A stretch of DNA of 64,000 nt from Longimicrobiales bacterium (GTDB lineage: Bacteria; Gemmatimonadota; Gemmatimonadetes; Longimicrobiales; Gaopeijiaceae), in NCBI GenBank assembly GCA_963664435.2, contig CAXXKM010000001.1, forward strand, positions 416,001 to 480,000, written 5' to 3'. A program made the translations under genes and the position numbers. The notes beneath the pieces were generated by a model, which saw nothing but the letters and a program-made list of their open reading frames with translations, was not told where the DNA came from and did no database searches. Each line of letters begins with the position of its first letter. The stretch's first letter is position 1. Below, piece by piece: positions 30,854 through 41,610 of the stretch.

Positions 30854-32120
30854 TCAGCGCCTCTCCTCTGCGACGACCGACGACGCGATCACCATCCCCA
30901 GGAACTCGTCGATGGCGCCTCCCTGGATCCAGCGCGCCACCACCACCAGGTCGTTCTCGCGATCGACGTAGACCAGGTTCGTACCCGCCCCACGGTGGCT
31001 GAACGACGACTCCGGCGTGCTCGCGTACGAGCGCTGGCCGGTGTTCAGGAAGAAGTTCATGAAGCCGTACATCTCGTTGACCGTACCCGGCGTCTCCGCC
31101 ATGTCCAGCCATTCCTCGGAAAGCAGCTGCTCGCCGTCCCAGTTGCCCTTGTGCAGCGTGAAGTAGCCGAAGCGGGCCTGATCCTCGGCGCTCAGGTTCA
31201 TCCCACCGCCCCAGTGGGTCCCGCCGCTCACAGACTGCATCATCTCGCCGTCGACGTTCACCCACGAGTTCTCGTAGCCGTACCAGCGCCAGGTGTTGGA
31301 TGCGCCGATGGGGTCCATGATGTGCTCGCGCAGCACCTGCGGCAGGGGCCGGCGCCAGACCTGGAGCGCCGCCAGGGCGAGCAGGTTCACGCGCACGTCG
31401 TTGTACTTGTAGGCCGTGCCGGGCTCGTTGCGCGGGCGGTTGCGGTTGGCCGCGACATCGCGCCCCGGCCGGTCGCCCCAGTCGGGCTTGCCCCAGAGGG
31501 TGCCTTCCCAGTCGCTGGTCTGCCTCAGCAGATGATCCCACGTGATCCTCTGGTTGTGTTCGGAGTCGAAAAGCGACACCGGGGTCGCCACGCCGCGCCC
31601 GTCGGCCTCCTTGCCGGGCTCGCCGTCGCCCACCGGCAGAATCAGCGGGGGCATGTACTCGTGCACAGGATCGTGGACGTCGCGGATGAGGCGGCGGTCC
31701 CACGCCAGCCCCACCGTGGAGGAGAGGAAGCTCTTGGCCACGCTGAAGGTCGGGTCGACGCGCTTCGTCTCACCCCACTCGGCGACGATGTAGCCATCCT
31801 TCACGATGATGCCGCTCTGCGGGCCCCGCACCTTGAGCGGGCCGATGGCCTCGTCGAAGGGCTCGGTGTTCCAGCTGAGCGCGTGCGCCACCTCCAGGTC
31901 GCGCGGCGCGGTGCTCTCGCTCGCGACGGCGAAGTCGACCGCCTGCTGCAGGAGTTCCGGGTTCATGCCCATCGACTCCGGAGTCCTGCGCTCCCAGTCA
32001 CCCGCCGGAGGGAAGTAGGTGTCCTGCGCCTGCAGACCGTACCCGCCCGGCAGGAAAGCCGCGAAGAGGAAGGCGGAGAGGAGGATCGAGGTGGCCGGAT
32101 GGGGCCGCTGTGCTGACTTC
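30854..32120 (-). CDS. Secreted serine hydrolase (beta-lactamase/AmpC-like family)
   Basis: FSVAKS (SxxK), HLLRQTS, YKYND, IMDPIG, HRGAG; signal peptide. Confidence 0.85.
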
Positions 32121-32218
32121 ATGGGAATCACCTCGTTGAGGGGCGAGAGATCGGTGACCGGTCGATGGGATATGATACGTCTCGGCGCGCGAGACGCGAC
32201 AGGTGGCAGGCAAGCGGG

Positions 32219-33430
32219 TCACGCCACCTCGCCCACCTGGTGTCCCAGCTCTCTCAGTTCCGCGACGATCTCCGCGACGTGCCCGCGGCCGCGGGTCTCG
32301 ATCTCCATCTCGATGCTGACGTGGCCCACGGAGATGTCCCCGAAAGCCCTCGTGTGTTCGATGTGAAGCACGTTGGCCCCGGCGATGGCGACCACGGCCG
32401 TGACCTCGTTCAGGTAGCCCGGCCGGTCGCGCACCACCACCGAGAGGCGCGCCAGGCGCCCGTCCGCCCACAGCCCGCGGTCGATGATCTTCGAGGCCAC
32501 GTTCATGTCGATGTTGCCCCCGGAGAGGATGCACACGGTGACGTCGGCGGAGCCCGGACGGATCCTGTCGCCCAGAATCGCCGCCACCCCCACCGCCCCG
32601 CCGCCCTCGACGACCACCTTCTCCGACTCCATTAGGAAGAAGATCGCGCGCACGATCTCCTCCTCGTCGACCACGACCACGTCGTCCACTAGGGCCTGGA
32701 TGTGCGGGAAGGTGCGGTCGCCGATGCGTTTCACCGCGATCCCGTCGGCGAGGGTGTCCGAGCGCTCCAGGTGGACCGGCCGCCCCGCCTCCAGCGATGC
32801 GACCGCGCCCGGCGAGGCCGACGCCTCCACGCCGATCACGCGGGCGCCCGGGCGGCGCGCCTTCACCACGGTGGCGACCCCCGCGATCATCCCGCCGCCC
32901 CCGATGGGCACCACCAGCGTGGTGACGTCGGGCACCTGCTCCAGGATCTCCAGCGCCATGGTCCCCTGCCCCGCCATCACCGCGGGGTCGTCGAAGGCGT
33001 GGACCACGGTGAGCCCCTCCTCCTCGACCAGCCTGTCGACGCGCGCCATCCCGTCGGTGATGGTTGCGCCGGTCTGGATGACGCGGGCCCCGTAGCCGCG
33101 CGTCTTCGTCACCTTGATCAGCGGCGCCGCGTCGGGCATCACGATGGTGCACGGAATCCCCAGCCGCGCCGAATGGTACGCGAGCGCCTGGGCGTGGTTG
33201 CCCGCGCTGGCCGCGACCACCCCGGCCTCCCGCTGCGCCGGCTCCAGCAGGAGCAGGCGGTTCAGCGAGCCGCGGTCCTTGAACGAACCCGTCTTCTGCC
33301 GGAACTCGGTCTTGAAATGGACGCGCGCGAACCCGGACCGGTCGAGCCCGAGGGAGCGCGGGCAACCGGTCTCCACGATTCCGCCCTGGATGCGCCGGCG
33401 GGCCGCGATGATGTCGTTGCAGGAGAGCAT
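32219..33430 (-). CDS. ilvA: Threonine/serine ammonia-lyase with C-terminal ACT domain
   Basis: TGSFKDRG (PLP lysine), ASAGNHAQ, PIGGGGM, LSGGNID, DRPG (ACT). Confidence 0.9.
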   Translation of the reverse strand: MLSCNDIIAARRRIQGGIVETGCPRSLGLDRSGFARVHFKTEFRQKTGSFKDRGSLNRLLLLEPAQREAGVVAASAGNHAQALAYHSARLGIPCTIVMPDAAPLIKVTKTRGYGARVIQTGATITDGMARVDRLVEEEGLTVVHAFDDPAVMAGQGTMALEILEQVPDVTTLVVPIGGGGMIAGVATVVKARRPGARVIGVEASASPGAVASLEAGRPVHLERSDTLADGIAVKRIGDRTFPHIQALVDDVVVVDEEEIVRAIFFLMESEKVVVEGGGAVGVAAILGDRIRPGSADVTVCILSGGNIDMNVASKIIDRGLWADGRLARLSVVVRDRPGYLNEVTAVVAIAGANVLHIEHTRAFGDISVGHVSIEMEIETRGRGHVAEIVAELRELGHQVGEVA

Positions 33431-33566
33431 GTTCACTAACCTGCGCCGTGCTGGCGGCAACTCAAGGCCCACGCCCTCTTCGGCCTTGTCCCGTCCGCTC
33501 CGCTTTGGCTAGCTTTGGGCCGACGTCAGAACCCCCTCGGGTCTTCATCCAGCCGGAGATTCCTCC

Positions 33567-33857
33567 ATGATCGAATGGATCATTCCGTTCGCTCTCTATC
33601 CCAGCCTGGCCGCCCTCTACTACGGCGGCGCCCCCATCCGCTTCGAAGGCCCCGACAACGCGCGCCAGCTTCTGGGCGTGTTTCTCGGGCTGGTCCTGTT
33701 CGTGGCCGTGTGGGGCGTGCTCAAGACGGTCATCCAGCCGATGACCGGGCCCATGATCGGCCTCGCGGTCGCGTCCCTGCTCGCGTCATTCGCGCTGCGC
33801 CCGGGTTGCAGGCTGGGATGCCGGCTGGTGGGCGTTCGGGTCGTCGACGACCAGTAG
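33567..33857 (+). CDS. Small hypothetical membrane protein (3 TM)
   Basis: 96 aa hydrophobic ORF, GGAG RBS, GC-biased third positions. Confidence 0.65.
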   Translation: MIEWIIPFALYPSLAALYYGGAPIRFEGPDNARQLLGVFLGLVLFVAVWGVLKTVIQPMTGPMIGLAVASLLASFALRPGCRLGCRLVGVRVVDDQ

Positions 33858-33956
33858 TCTCCCTACGCGCATCGCGCGCGCGCCAGCCCGGCCGCGTTTC
33901 CGATTCGGGGCATCTCGCACCAGGCCATTTCGCCGGACGGCGGGCGGCCGCCCCCG

Positions 33957-34748
33957 TCAGTCCATCTGCCAGACGACAAGCAGTTGCAGAACGTTCTCGT
34001 CGCGGGTCGTTCCCAGCTTGTTGGTCCAGAGCTGGTATTCCACGCCCACGTGGAGGACGTTGGACGCCCCGGTCAAAGCCTGCCCCACGTCCCATCTGAG
34101 CTGGGGCTGGGCGAGCACGCTGCCCGGGTAGTCGTTGCCCTCCTCATCCGTGATCGCCCCCATGTATTCCGCGTGCCCGGTGAACGAGAACGACTGAGTG
34201 CCCAGCTGGAAGACGGAGAGCCAGCTTACGTCGAAGTTGAAGCTGTCGCCGGTGCTCGGCGCGCCGCCCGCGGCCAGACCGCTGCTGGCGTCGATGAAGG
34301 CCCCGAGCATCGTGTTCACGAAGATGAATCCGGGGACGTTCCAGCCGAGTTCCACGCCCGGCACGTATTTCACGACCTTCGACTGGATGCCCAGGTTTAC
34401 GCCAGCGACCAGGCGCACATCGTTCACAGGCCCGAAGCCGACGCCTCCTCCCGCCAGTGAACCCAGGCTCAGCGTCGGGTACCACTCCCCGTAGAGCTCC
34501 CGGTCGTTGAAGCCGTCCTCCACCCCGTCGCTCAGGTAGTCGAGGAAGAAGAAGGAGCCTCCCGCGCGCCATCCTCCGGCGTGTTGCAGCGTGAAGATGT
34601 GGGTCGGCTCGCTGGCGGCGGAGAACGGGTTCAGGATGCTGCCATACTGGTAGTTGAGCTCCAACTGGGCCGATGAGGGCGCGGGCGCAAGGAAGAACGC
34701 GGCAGCCGCGACGGCCGCGGGCAGGACGGTTGAGGATCGACGACACAT
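33957..34748 (-). CDS. Tsx-like nucleoside-specific outer-membrane channel
   Basis: Signal peptide; FTLQHAGGW..G.SFFFLD, LYGEWYP, LAQPQLRWDVG, GVEYQLWTNKLG, terminal VVW. Confidence 0.75.
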   Translation of the reverse strand: MCRRSSTVLPAAVAAAAFFLAPAPSSAQLELNYQYGSILNPFSAASEPTHIFTLQHAGGWRAGGSFFFLDYLSDGVEDGFNDRELYGEWYPTLSLGSLAGGGVGFGPVNDVRLVAGVNLGIQSKVVKYVPGVELGWNVPGFIFVNTMLGAFIDASSGLAAGGAPSTGDSFNFDVSWLSVFQLGTQSFSFTGHAEYMGAITDEEGNDYPGSVLAQPQLRWDVGQALTGASNVLHVGVEYQLWTNKLGTTRDENVLQLLVVWQMD

Positions 34749-35032
34749 GGTGAACCTGCCCTCCCCGGGATTCGCTCGCGGGCCTGAGTTCCCTTACCTC
34801 CGCGGCGCATTCTACGGGGCGGTGGAGCGTGCGGCCAGCGACCACGTGAGGGGAGCGGACCGGCGGACGACGCCGTGCCGGCGGATGGAACACGCTCGAC
34901 GGACGGGCGGACGAGCCCCGGCAAGCGAGCCCGGCGGAAACGTGGTATCCTGATGCGATACACCCGGCCGGGCGCGCCAGCCCGCTTCGCCGGACGCTCA
35001 CGGCGTTCAGGGACTTTCGACACAGACACGTC

Positions 35033-36076
35033 ATGTTCTTCCCAGACAGCAGCCTGGTCTCTGCGCCGCGCCGGTACGCCGCCGCTTTCGCCGCTCCCGG
35101 ATTCTTCTTCCTGCCCGCGCTGATCCCGGTCCTGATCGCCTGCGGCGCCGACGCGGTCGAACCACCTCCGCCGCCGGTCGAGCCCGATCCCGTCGCGCCG
35201 CAGCCCGTGCCGGAGCCGGCGGCGATCCAGATTCCCGCCCTGGGCACATCCGCGACGCTCGACGTCGCCACCTGGAACCTCCTCTACTTCGGGGCCGCGA
35301 ACCAGGGGCCCGCGGACGAGCCCCTGCAGATGGCGCGCGTGCGGGATGTCATTCTGGGAACCGACTTCGACGTCTGGGGCGTGCAGGAGGTGACCGACGC
35401 GGACGCCTTCGGGACGCTGCTGGATCGTCTGCCGGGATACCAGGGGTTCCTTGCCAGCGATGGCTCCGTCGCCGGGGGCTCCGCCAGCTACGGCCGCGGA
35501 GAGCTGAAGGTCGGGCTCATCTACAAGACGGCGCTCGCGCAGGTGACGGGGGCGCGCATCATCCTGAGCGAACTGGACTACGAGTTCGCGGGCCGGCCGC
35601 CGCTGGAGGTGCAGCTGCGCGTGACGCTGGGTGGCGCGAGCCGCGATGTCGTCATGATCGTCCTGCACGCCAAGGCCATCGCCGACGAGACGTCATGGGA
35701 GCGGCGCATGGCGGCGGGCGAAGGCCTGCGGGAGTATCTCGACGCCACCTGGCCGGACCGTGCCGTGCTGGTACCCGGGGACTGGAACGACGACGTGGAC
35801 GAGTCGATCACGCCGGGGCGGGACACGCCCTATCGTGTCTTCGTGGATGCGGCCCCGGAGTGGGTGTTTCCCACCGCCAGCCTGAGCGCCGCGCGAGAGC
35901 GGTCGATGCCGCGCTACACCGAGGTGATCGACCACATCCTCGCGTCGGACGAAGCGATGGCGTGGTATGAGGAGGGATCGGCGATGGTATACGAGGTGGA
36001 CGACATCATCCCCGAATATCTGGACACCACCAGCGACCATCTTCCGGTGATGGCGCGATTCGCGCCGGGGGAGTGA
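35033..36076 (+). CDS. Endonuclease/exonuclease/phosphatase (DNase I-like) lipoprotein
   Basis: LIAC lipobox; ATWNL, VQEV, HAKA, GDWND, IDHI, SDHLPV. Confidence 0.85.
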   Translation: MFFPDSSLVSAPRRYAAAFAAPGFFFLPALIPVLIACGADAVEPPPPPVEPDPVAPQPVPEPAAIQIPALGTSATLDVATWNLLYFGAANQGPADEPLQMARVRDVILGTDFDVWGVQEVTDADAFGTLLDRLPGYQGFLASDGSVAGGSASYGRGELKVGLIYKTALAQVTGARIILSELDYEFAGRPPLEVQLRVTLGGASRDVVMIVLHAKAIADETSWERRMAAGEGLREYLDATWPDRAVLVPGDWNDDVDESITPGRDTPYRVFVDAAPEWVFPTASLSAARERSMPRYTEVIDHILASDEAMAWYEEGSAMVYEVDDIIPEYLDTTSDHLPVMARFAPGE

Positions 36077-36162
36077 GCGGAAGCCGGGCCTCCGGATGCG
36101 GCCTCGGGTTCTTCCGCGCGCGCGGAATCCGGGAGCAACCCGGGGGAGAAGCGCCTGGGGGC

Positions 36163-36435
36163 CTACTCGTCGAGCAGGCGGCGGTTGCGGACATCGCTGG
36201 CGCCCATCGAGATCCCGGAGCCGACTCCGGCTCCCACAAGCAGTCCGGCTCCGAGGCCCACCACGGGCAGCCAGGACAGGACGATGGCCGTCACCGCGCC
36301 TGCGACGATGCCCAGTCCGCGTTTCTCGACCCACGAGGTGTAGCGCAGGCGCCGCCGGACGAAACTCCTCGACTTCATGTGTGCGTAGATTCCGACCGCA
36401 GCCGCGATCCCCAATCCGATCAGCTCAAACATCAT
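36163..36435 (-). CDS. Small hypothetical membrane protein
   Basis: 90 aa, Gly-rich TM segments, AGGAG RBS. Confidence 0.65.
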   Translation of the reverse strand: MMFELIGLGIAAAVGIYAHMKSRSFVRRRLRYTSWVEKRGLGIVAGAVTAIVLSWLPVVGLGAGLLVGAGVGSGISMGASDVRNRRLLDE

Positions 36436-36530
36436 GACACTCCTGTGACAGGCATCCCGGCCCCCCCATGGCTCTGCGCCTTACGCGCGAGCGAGGGATC
36501 CGTTTCGCGCCGGGACGGGTTCGAATAAGT

Positions 36531-37643
36531 ATGGTACAGGTTCCGGCAAGTACAGGGTTCGGCGCGCGGGGAACGCAGCCACGAGCAAAGCTCCTCCCGT
36601 CGCTGGGGCGGCTGCTGCTCCTGCTGGTGGTAGAGGCGGTGTGGCTCACGCCCGCGGGCGGTCCGCGCCTCCCCTTCCCCGGCTTCGGAGGGGACGCGTT
36701 TTCGCAGGAGGCGCTGGCGGCGGCCTTTGCGGCGCAGGAGGAGATCAGCCCGGACCTGCTGGCCATTCCGGGCGTGGTGGGTACCGCCGTCGGGCTGGGC
36801 GCCGGCGACCGGCCGGTGGTGATGGTCTACCTGGAATACGCCGCCGTGGACGGACTACCCGCCAGCTTCGCGGGCTACCCATTGATGCGCGAGGTGACCG
36901 GGCGCATCACCGCGCTCGGCGATCTGCCCCTCCCGGCCGCGGCCGACGGCCCCATCGATCCCAGGGGCCCGTTCCCGCGCCCGGTGCCGATCGGTGTGTC
37001 CACGGGGCGGACGGGGGTCACCGCGGGCACCATCGGGGCGCGCGTCACGGACGGGCGCCGGACGTACGCCCTGTCCAACAACCACGTCTTCGCCAACCGC
37101 AACCAGGCCAACCTGGGCGACAACGTGATCCAGCCGGGCGTGGCCGACGGCGGCAGCGACCCGGAGCACGCATTCGGCACGCTGGCCGACTTTCAGGAGA
37201 TCGGCTTCTGCCGGGCCCTGGCCTGCCCGGAGAACGAGGTCGACGGCGCCATCGCCGAAACGTCGCCCGACCAGCTGGCGGCGGCCACCCCCTCCAACGG
37301 CTACGGCGCGCCCCGAAGCGGGATCGTGGAAGCGTCGCTCATGCTCGCGGTGCAGAAGTACGGCCGCACCACCGGGCTCACCCGCGGCAAGGTGACCGGC
37401 ATCAACGCCATCCTCGACGTCAACTACCGCACCGGCAGGGCTCGCTTCGTCGACCAGATCGTCATTACCGGCCAGCGATTCAGCGCCGGTGGCGACTCGG
37501 GCTCCCTGATCGTGACCGACGGGCGGGGGCGCAAGGACCGGCGGCCCGTCGCGCTGCTCTTCGCAGGCAGCCCGAACACCACCATCGCCAATCCCATCGA
37601 CCTCGTTCTCGACCGCTTCGGCGTAACCGTCGACGCAGGGTAG
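36531..37643 (+). CDS. Secreted chymotrypsin-like (S1/Nal1-like) serine protease with N-terminal prodomain
   Basis: GTIGA, LSNNHV (His), VDGAIA (Asp), KYGRTTGLT, GDSGS (Ser); start uncertain. Confidence 0.8.
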   Translation: MVQVPASTGFGARGTQPRAKLLPSLGRLLLLLVVEAVWLTPAGGPRLPFPGFGGDAFSQEALAAAFAAQEEISPDLLAIPGVVGTAVGLGAGDRPVVMVYLEYAAVDGLPASFAGYPLMREVTGRITALGDLPLPAAADGPIDPRGPFPRPVPIGVSTGRTGVTAGTIGARVTDGRRTYALSNNHVFANRNQANLGDNVIQPGVADGGSDPEHAFGTLADFQEIGFCRALACPENEVDGAIAETSPDQLAAATPSNGYGAPRSGIVEASLMLAVQKYGRTTGLTRGKVTGINAILDVNYRTGRARFVDQIVITGQRFSAGGDSGSLIVTDGRGRKDRRPVALLFAGSPNTTIANPIDLVLDRFGVTVDAG

Positions 37644-37649
37644 GACGAC

Positions 37650-37871
37650 ATGGCGGCGAGCATCGAGGACGCGCACCGGCACCTCTCGAGAAAGGTCATG
37701 GGACGCCCCGGCGTGGTGGGTACCGCGATCGGGGTGGTCGCCGGGAAGCCCTGCCTCAAGGTGTACCTCGCAGGCGGCGGGGGCAGGGAAAGAACCCGTA
37801 TCCCCGGCAGCTGCGAGGGTTACCGGGTGGTGGTCGAGAAGACCGGCACCATTCGCCGTCTGTCTTCGTGA
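37650..37871 (+). CDS. 73-aa stand-alone paralog of the upstream protease prodomain
   Basis: PGVVGTAIG...VYL...P...EGY.V....TG.I aligns with protease PGVVGTAVG...VYL...P...AGYP.....TG.I; AGGA RBS. Confidence 0.7.
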   Translation: MAASIEDAHRHLSRKVMGRPGVVGTAIGVVAGKPCLKVYLAGGGGRERTRIPGSCEGYRVVVEKTGTIRRLSS

Positions 37872-38049
37872 CGAGGCAACCCTGACGCAGGGTCGTTCGG
37901 TCAAAGGGCCGCGTGCCGCTCCGGTATCGTCCCACCCGCCGGCAGATCGTTTGACACCAGCGCGAATCACTACTACTCGTAAACTACGACATCTTTCGTG
38001 GCACGATGACCAGCCCGAGCCCCGTCTCCAACGAAGAACGGAACGCGCG

Positions 38050-39300
38050 ATGAGAAACCGAACCGCCCGCAGTCACCGCTTCACGCCCTTCGCCTTCATC
38101 ATGACCCTCGGGTTGTCCGGGTGCGCGCTGGATGACACTGCGGCTCCCGCCGGCGCCGTCCCCAGGCACGAACTCGGCGAGCCCGAGGCGGTTTCCGGGG
38201 ACTTCGCGTCCGTGAACGGTATCCGCGTACGCCCCGACGGCAGTCTGCTGGTGGCCGACGGGACGGGCAGGGAGCTGGTGCTCCTGGACCTGGACCTGGG
38301 AACACGTACCGTGGTGGGAGGCCGGGGCGAGGGTCCGGGCGAGTATCAGGCGCCGAGCCGTGTCTGGCCTCTTCCCGGCGATTCGACGCTGCTGCTGGAC
38401 GTGAGCAACAATCGCCTCACCGTGCTGGCGCCCGATCTCTCCTTCGGCGCGACCCGGCCGATGTTCGAGATGGACCCCGAAGGCGGCATCCTGCTGCTGA
38501 ACCCCCAGGTGATCGATGGCTCCGGGCGCATGTACAGCACAAACGGGTTCTCGATGAACCTCGCGGGTGCGGGTTCGCGGGATGGATCAGGTTCCGATTC
38601 CGTCCCTGTCGTGCGGGCGACGCTCGATGACCTTGCCGCCGACACCGTGGCAAGACTCGCGTCCAGATCCACCTCGCGGGTCGAGATGAGAAGCAACCAG
38701 GGCGACCGGATGGTCACGATGCAGCGAACTCCCTATTCGGCTTCCGACAGCTGGGGCGTCGCGCCGGGCGGAAGCGTGGCCGTCGCGCGGGCGGCCGACT
38801 ATCACCTGGAATGGATCTCCTCCGACGGATCCGTTCGCAGCGGGGCGCCCGTCGCATGGGACGCGGTCCCGGTGGGCCAGGCGGAAAAGGAAGCCTGGGT
38901 CCGGGAGCAAAGTAGCCGGTCCGTCCAGACGGCGACCTTCATGACGGGCGGCGGGGGCGGAGCCTCTCCGGGTTCCGGGATCGGAGGCGCCGCTGCCCGC
39001 AGCATGTCCTTCGGGGGCGGGAGCGACGACGTGGACGACTACGAATGGCCCGAGACGCTGCCCCCCTTCACGGGCAGCATTCTCATCGACCCGGAGGGCC
39101 GCGCCTGGCTGCGTCGCCACCAGCCCGTCGGCGCGCCGTTCCTGTACGACATCTTCACGCCCGACGCCGAGCACGCCGCCATGGTGGAGATCGCCGAAGG
39201 GCATACCGTCATGGGGTTCGGCGACGGTGTCGTCTACGCGACCTTCAGGGACGAAGTCGACCTGGTATACATCGAGCGGTACCGCCTCCCGGAGATGTAG
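38050..39300 (+). CDS. Lipoprotein, 6-bladed beta-propeller-like
   Basis: LSGC lipobox; GGRGEGPGEY.AP, IDPEGRAWL, YIERYRL. Confidence 0.7.
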   Translation: MRNRTARSHRFTPFAFIMTLGLSGCALDDTAAPAGAVPRHELGEPEAVSGDFASVNGIRVRPDGSLLVADGTGRELVLLDLDLGTRTVVGGRGEGPGEYQAPSRVWPLPGDSTLLLDVSNNRLTVLAPDLSFGATRPMFEMDPEGGILLLNPQVIDGSGRMYSTNGFSMNLAGAGSRDGSGSDSVPVVRATLDDLAADTVARLASRSTSRVEMRSNQGDRMVTMQRTPYSASDSWGVAPGGSVAVARAADYHLEWISSDGSVRSGAPVAWDAVPVGQAEKEAWVREQSSRSVQTATFMTGGGGGASPGSGIGGAAARSMSFGGGSDDVDDYEWPETLPPFTGSILIDPEGRAWLRRHQPVGAPFLYDIFTPDAEHAAMVEIAEGHTVMGFGDGVVYATFRDEVDLVYIERYRLPEM

Positions 39301-39303
39301 CGC

Positions 39304-39876
39304 ATGCCCGACCCGACCTCCCTTGCGGAGCTGATTGCCCGGCGCCGCTCCATAAAGCAGTTCACCGCCCGCGAACCCACCCGCGGGGAAATCGAACGAC
39401 TCCTCGGGCTGGTCGCCCAGGCGCCCAACCATCGCATGACCCAGCCGTGGCGCTTCTACGTGCTGGGCCCGGCCGCCCGGCGCGGCTACGGGGCGGCGCT
39501 GGGGGCGCGCAAAGCGAAGCGGGTTTCCGACCCGGACGCGGCCCGGGAAGTCGTCGAAAGCGTGGCCGCCCGCCACGAGGCGCTGCCCGCGATGATCGCG
39601 GTGGCGGTGGTGGTGCACGAGAACCCGGAGATTCGGGAAGAAGATTACGCCGCGACCTGGATGGGCATCCAGAACCTGGCGCTGGCCGCCGAAGCGGCCG
39701 GGCTGGGCACGCACATCAAGACCGGCGCGGTCATGGACGACCCCCGCTCCCGGGCGGCGGTCGGCGTCCCCGACGGGGAGCGGATCGTGGCCATCGTCAA
39801 CCTGGGCGAGCCCGCGGCCGTGCCGGACCCCAAGTCCCGCATCCCCGCCCGCGACCTGACCACCTGGGTGGACTGA
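39304..39876 (+). CDS. Nitroreductase family (YdjA-like)
   Basis: RRSIKQF, APNHRMTQPWRF, EDYAA...QNL.LAA...GLG. Confidence 0.88.
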   Translation: MPDPTSLAELIARRRSIKQFTAREPTRGEIERLLGLVAQAPNHRMTQPWRFYVLGPAARRGYGAALGARKAKRVSDPDAAREVVESVAARHEALPAMIAVAVVVHENPEIREEDYAATWMGIQNLALAAEAAGLGTHIKTGAVMDDPRSRAAVGVPDGERIVAIVNLGEPAAVPDPKSRIPARDLTTWVD

Positions 39877-39971
39877 GCGGGCACAGAGGACCGCGCGGGC
39901 AACTACGATCCTGACAATTCCCTTGCACCCGGATCGTTGAGCCGGGCCGACCGGCCGATACCTTCAATGGT

Positions 39972-41609
39972 ATGGCAAGACATCGCATGACAACCCGCCC
40001 CCGCCGGCTGGTCACGCTCGCGCTCCTCGGCCTAACGGGGGTCCTCACCGCCGTTCTCGGCTACGAAGCCTGGGACGGCAGCCGCTCGAGCGTGCAACTG
40101 GCCGAAGAGATCGTTCGCGATCAAGCCCTGTATGCCGCCTCCAACTTCGCCGCCGAGGCCCGCGGCGAGGTCGCGTTCGATCTGTTGGAGGAAGGTATGG
40201 AGGTGATCGACAGAAGCGTGGGGCGCCGAGGCGATCGTCCGCTCACTCCGGCTGGCCTGCGCGAAGCGGCGCGAGCGGAGAGATGGGACGGGATGGATCA
40301 GGCGTCGCTGTTCTTCAGGCTGGCCCCCGGCGAAGGCGAAGTCTCGGTTGCGGGAGAGGCGGATTCCGCGCAGGCGGGGTGGGCGGTGCGAGAGGCGCGG
40401 GAATACAGCCGCCGCAACCCGGATGATGACGACGTGCGCACACTCTTCGCTCCGGGAGGAAGCAGCGTGCTCGTGCACCAGCTCTCGTACGAAGGCCGGG
40501 GGGACTACGCGCTCCTGGGAATGATCCTGTCGCCCAAGGCGTTCGGTCCCGCGTTCGAACGCGCGTTTCTCGACGAGCCCCTTCTGCCGGAGGCCTTCTC
40601 CGGAGGGCGCCCCAACGGGGACATCTTCGTGGCGCGGGTCCGGGATCCCTACGGAAACGTCGTCTACGAATCGTCCGCCGAACCGTACTCGGGAACCCCG
40701 GTACAGCACGAGCTGGACGAGAGTCTCGGCGGAATGGTGCTGGAACTCGGGGTGCGCGAGGAGGCGGTCGATCAGCTGGTGAGCGGCGGGGTTCCGCAGT
40801 CGCGCATGCCCTACATCGTCGCGCTCTTCCTCCTGACGGCCGGCCTGTTGATGACGGCGGTGTGGCAATTGCGAAGGGAGGCGGAACTGGCCGATCTGCG
40901 GGAAGACTTCGTGTCCAGCGTATCCCATCAGCTGCGCACGCCGCTGACCCAGATCAGGATGTTCGGGGAGACGCTGATGCTGGGCCGCGTCCGCAACGAG
41001 GCGGAGCGGGAACGGGCGACGGAAATCATCGTCGACGAAGCCAACCGGCTGACGCATCAGGTCGAGAATGTGCTCCTCTTCTCCCGCGGCGAGCGCGACG
41101 CGCTGAACCTGAACCTCGTCGAGGCGGACCTGGGCGCGGTCGTGGAGAGTGTGACCGAGAGCTTCGAGCCGCTGGCGCGGGCTGCGCAGGCTGCCCTCGA
41201 GCGACGCATCGAGACCGGCATCGAGTGCACGATGGACGTCGAAGCGACACGCCAGGCCGTGCTCAACCTGCTCGACAACGCCGTCAAGTACGGGCCGGCC
41301 GGACAAGTGATCGAGATCGGCGTGCGGGGTACGCCCGGCGAGCCGAAGGGCTTCGCGACGATGTGGGTGGAAGACGAGGGACCGGGCGTACCCCCGGGTC
41401 AGCAGGATCGGGTCTGGGACGCCTATGTTCGGCTCGACCGTGACCGCGCGTCCGCGACCGCCGGCTCGGGAATCGGCCTGGCCGTGGTGCGCAGGGTGAT
41501 CGAGGCCCAGGGAGGAAGGGTGCGCGTCGAGGCGGGCGACAGAGGCCCCGGTCCCGGCGCCCGGTTCATCATCGAGTTGCCGCTGGCGGGCGCGCTCCGG
41601 GAGGCGTGA
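39972..41609 (+). CDS. Sensor histidine kinase
   Basis: Two TM segments; SHQLRTPLT H-box, NLLDNAVKY, DEGPG, GSGIGL. Confidence 0.9.
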   Translation: MARHRMTTRPRRLVTLALLGLTGVLTAVLGYEAWDGSRSSVQLAEEIVRDQALYAASNFAAEARGEVAFDLLEEGMEVIDRSVGRRGDRPLTPAGLREAARAERWDGMDQASLFFRLAPGEGEVSVAGEADSAQAGWAVREAREYSRRNPDDDDVRTLFAPGGSSVLVHQLSYEGRGDYALLGMILSPKAFGPAFERAFLDEPLLPEAFSGGRPNGDIFVARVRDPYGNVVYESSAEPYSGTPVQHELDESLGGMVLELGVREEAVDQLVSGGVPQSRMPYIVALFLLTAGLLMTAVWQLRREAELADLREDFVSSVSHQLRTPLTQIRMFGETLMLGRVRNEAERERATEIIVDEANRLTHQVENVLLFSRGERDALNLNLVEADLGAVVESVTESFEPLARAAQAALERRIETGIECTMDVEATRQAVLNLLDNAVKYGPAGQVIEIGVRGTPGEPKGFATMWVEDEGPGVPPGQQDRVWDAYVRLDRDRASATAGSGIGLAVVRRVIEAQGGRVRVEAGDRGPGPGARFIIELPLAGALREA

Positions 41610-41610
41610 A

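Noticed and set aside
30854..32120. Antibiotic-resistance beta-lactamase (also 46211-47875)
   Set aside because: Only generic SxxK/YxN serine-hydrolase motifs; substrate cannot be inferred
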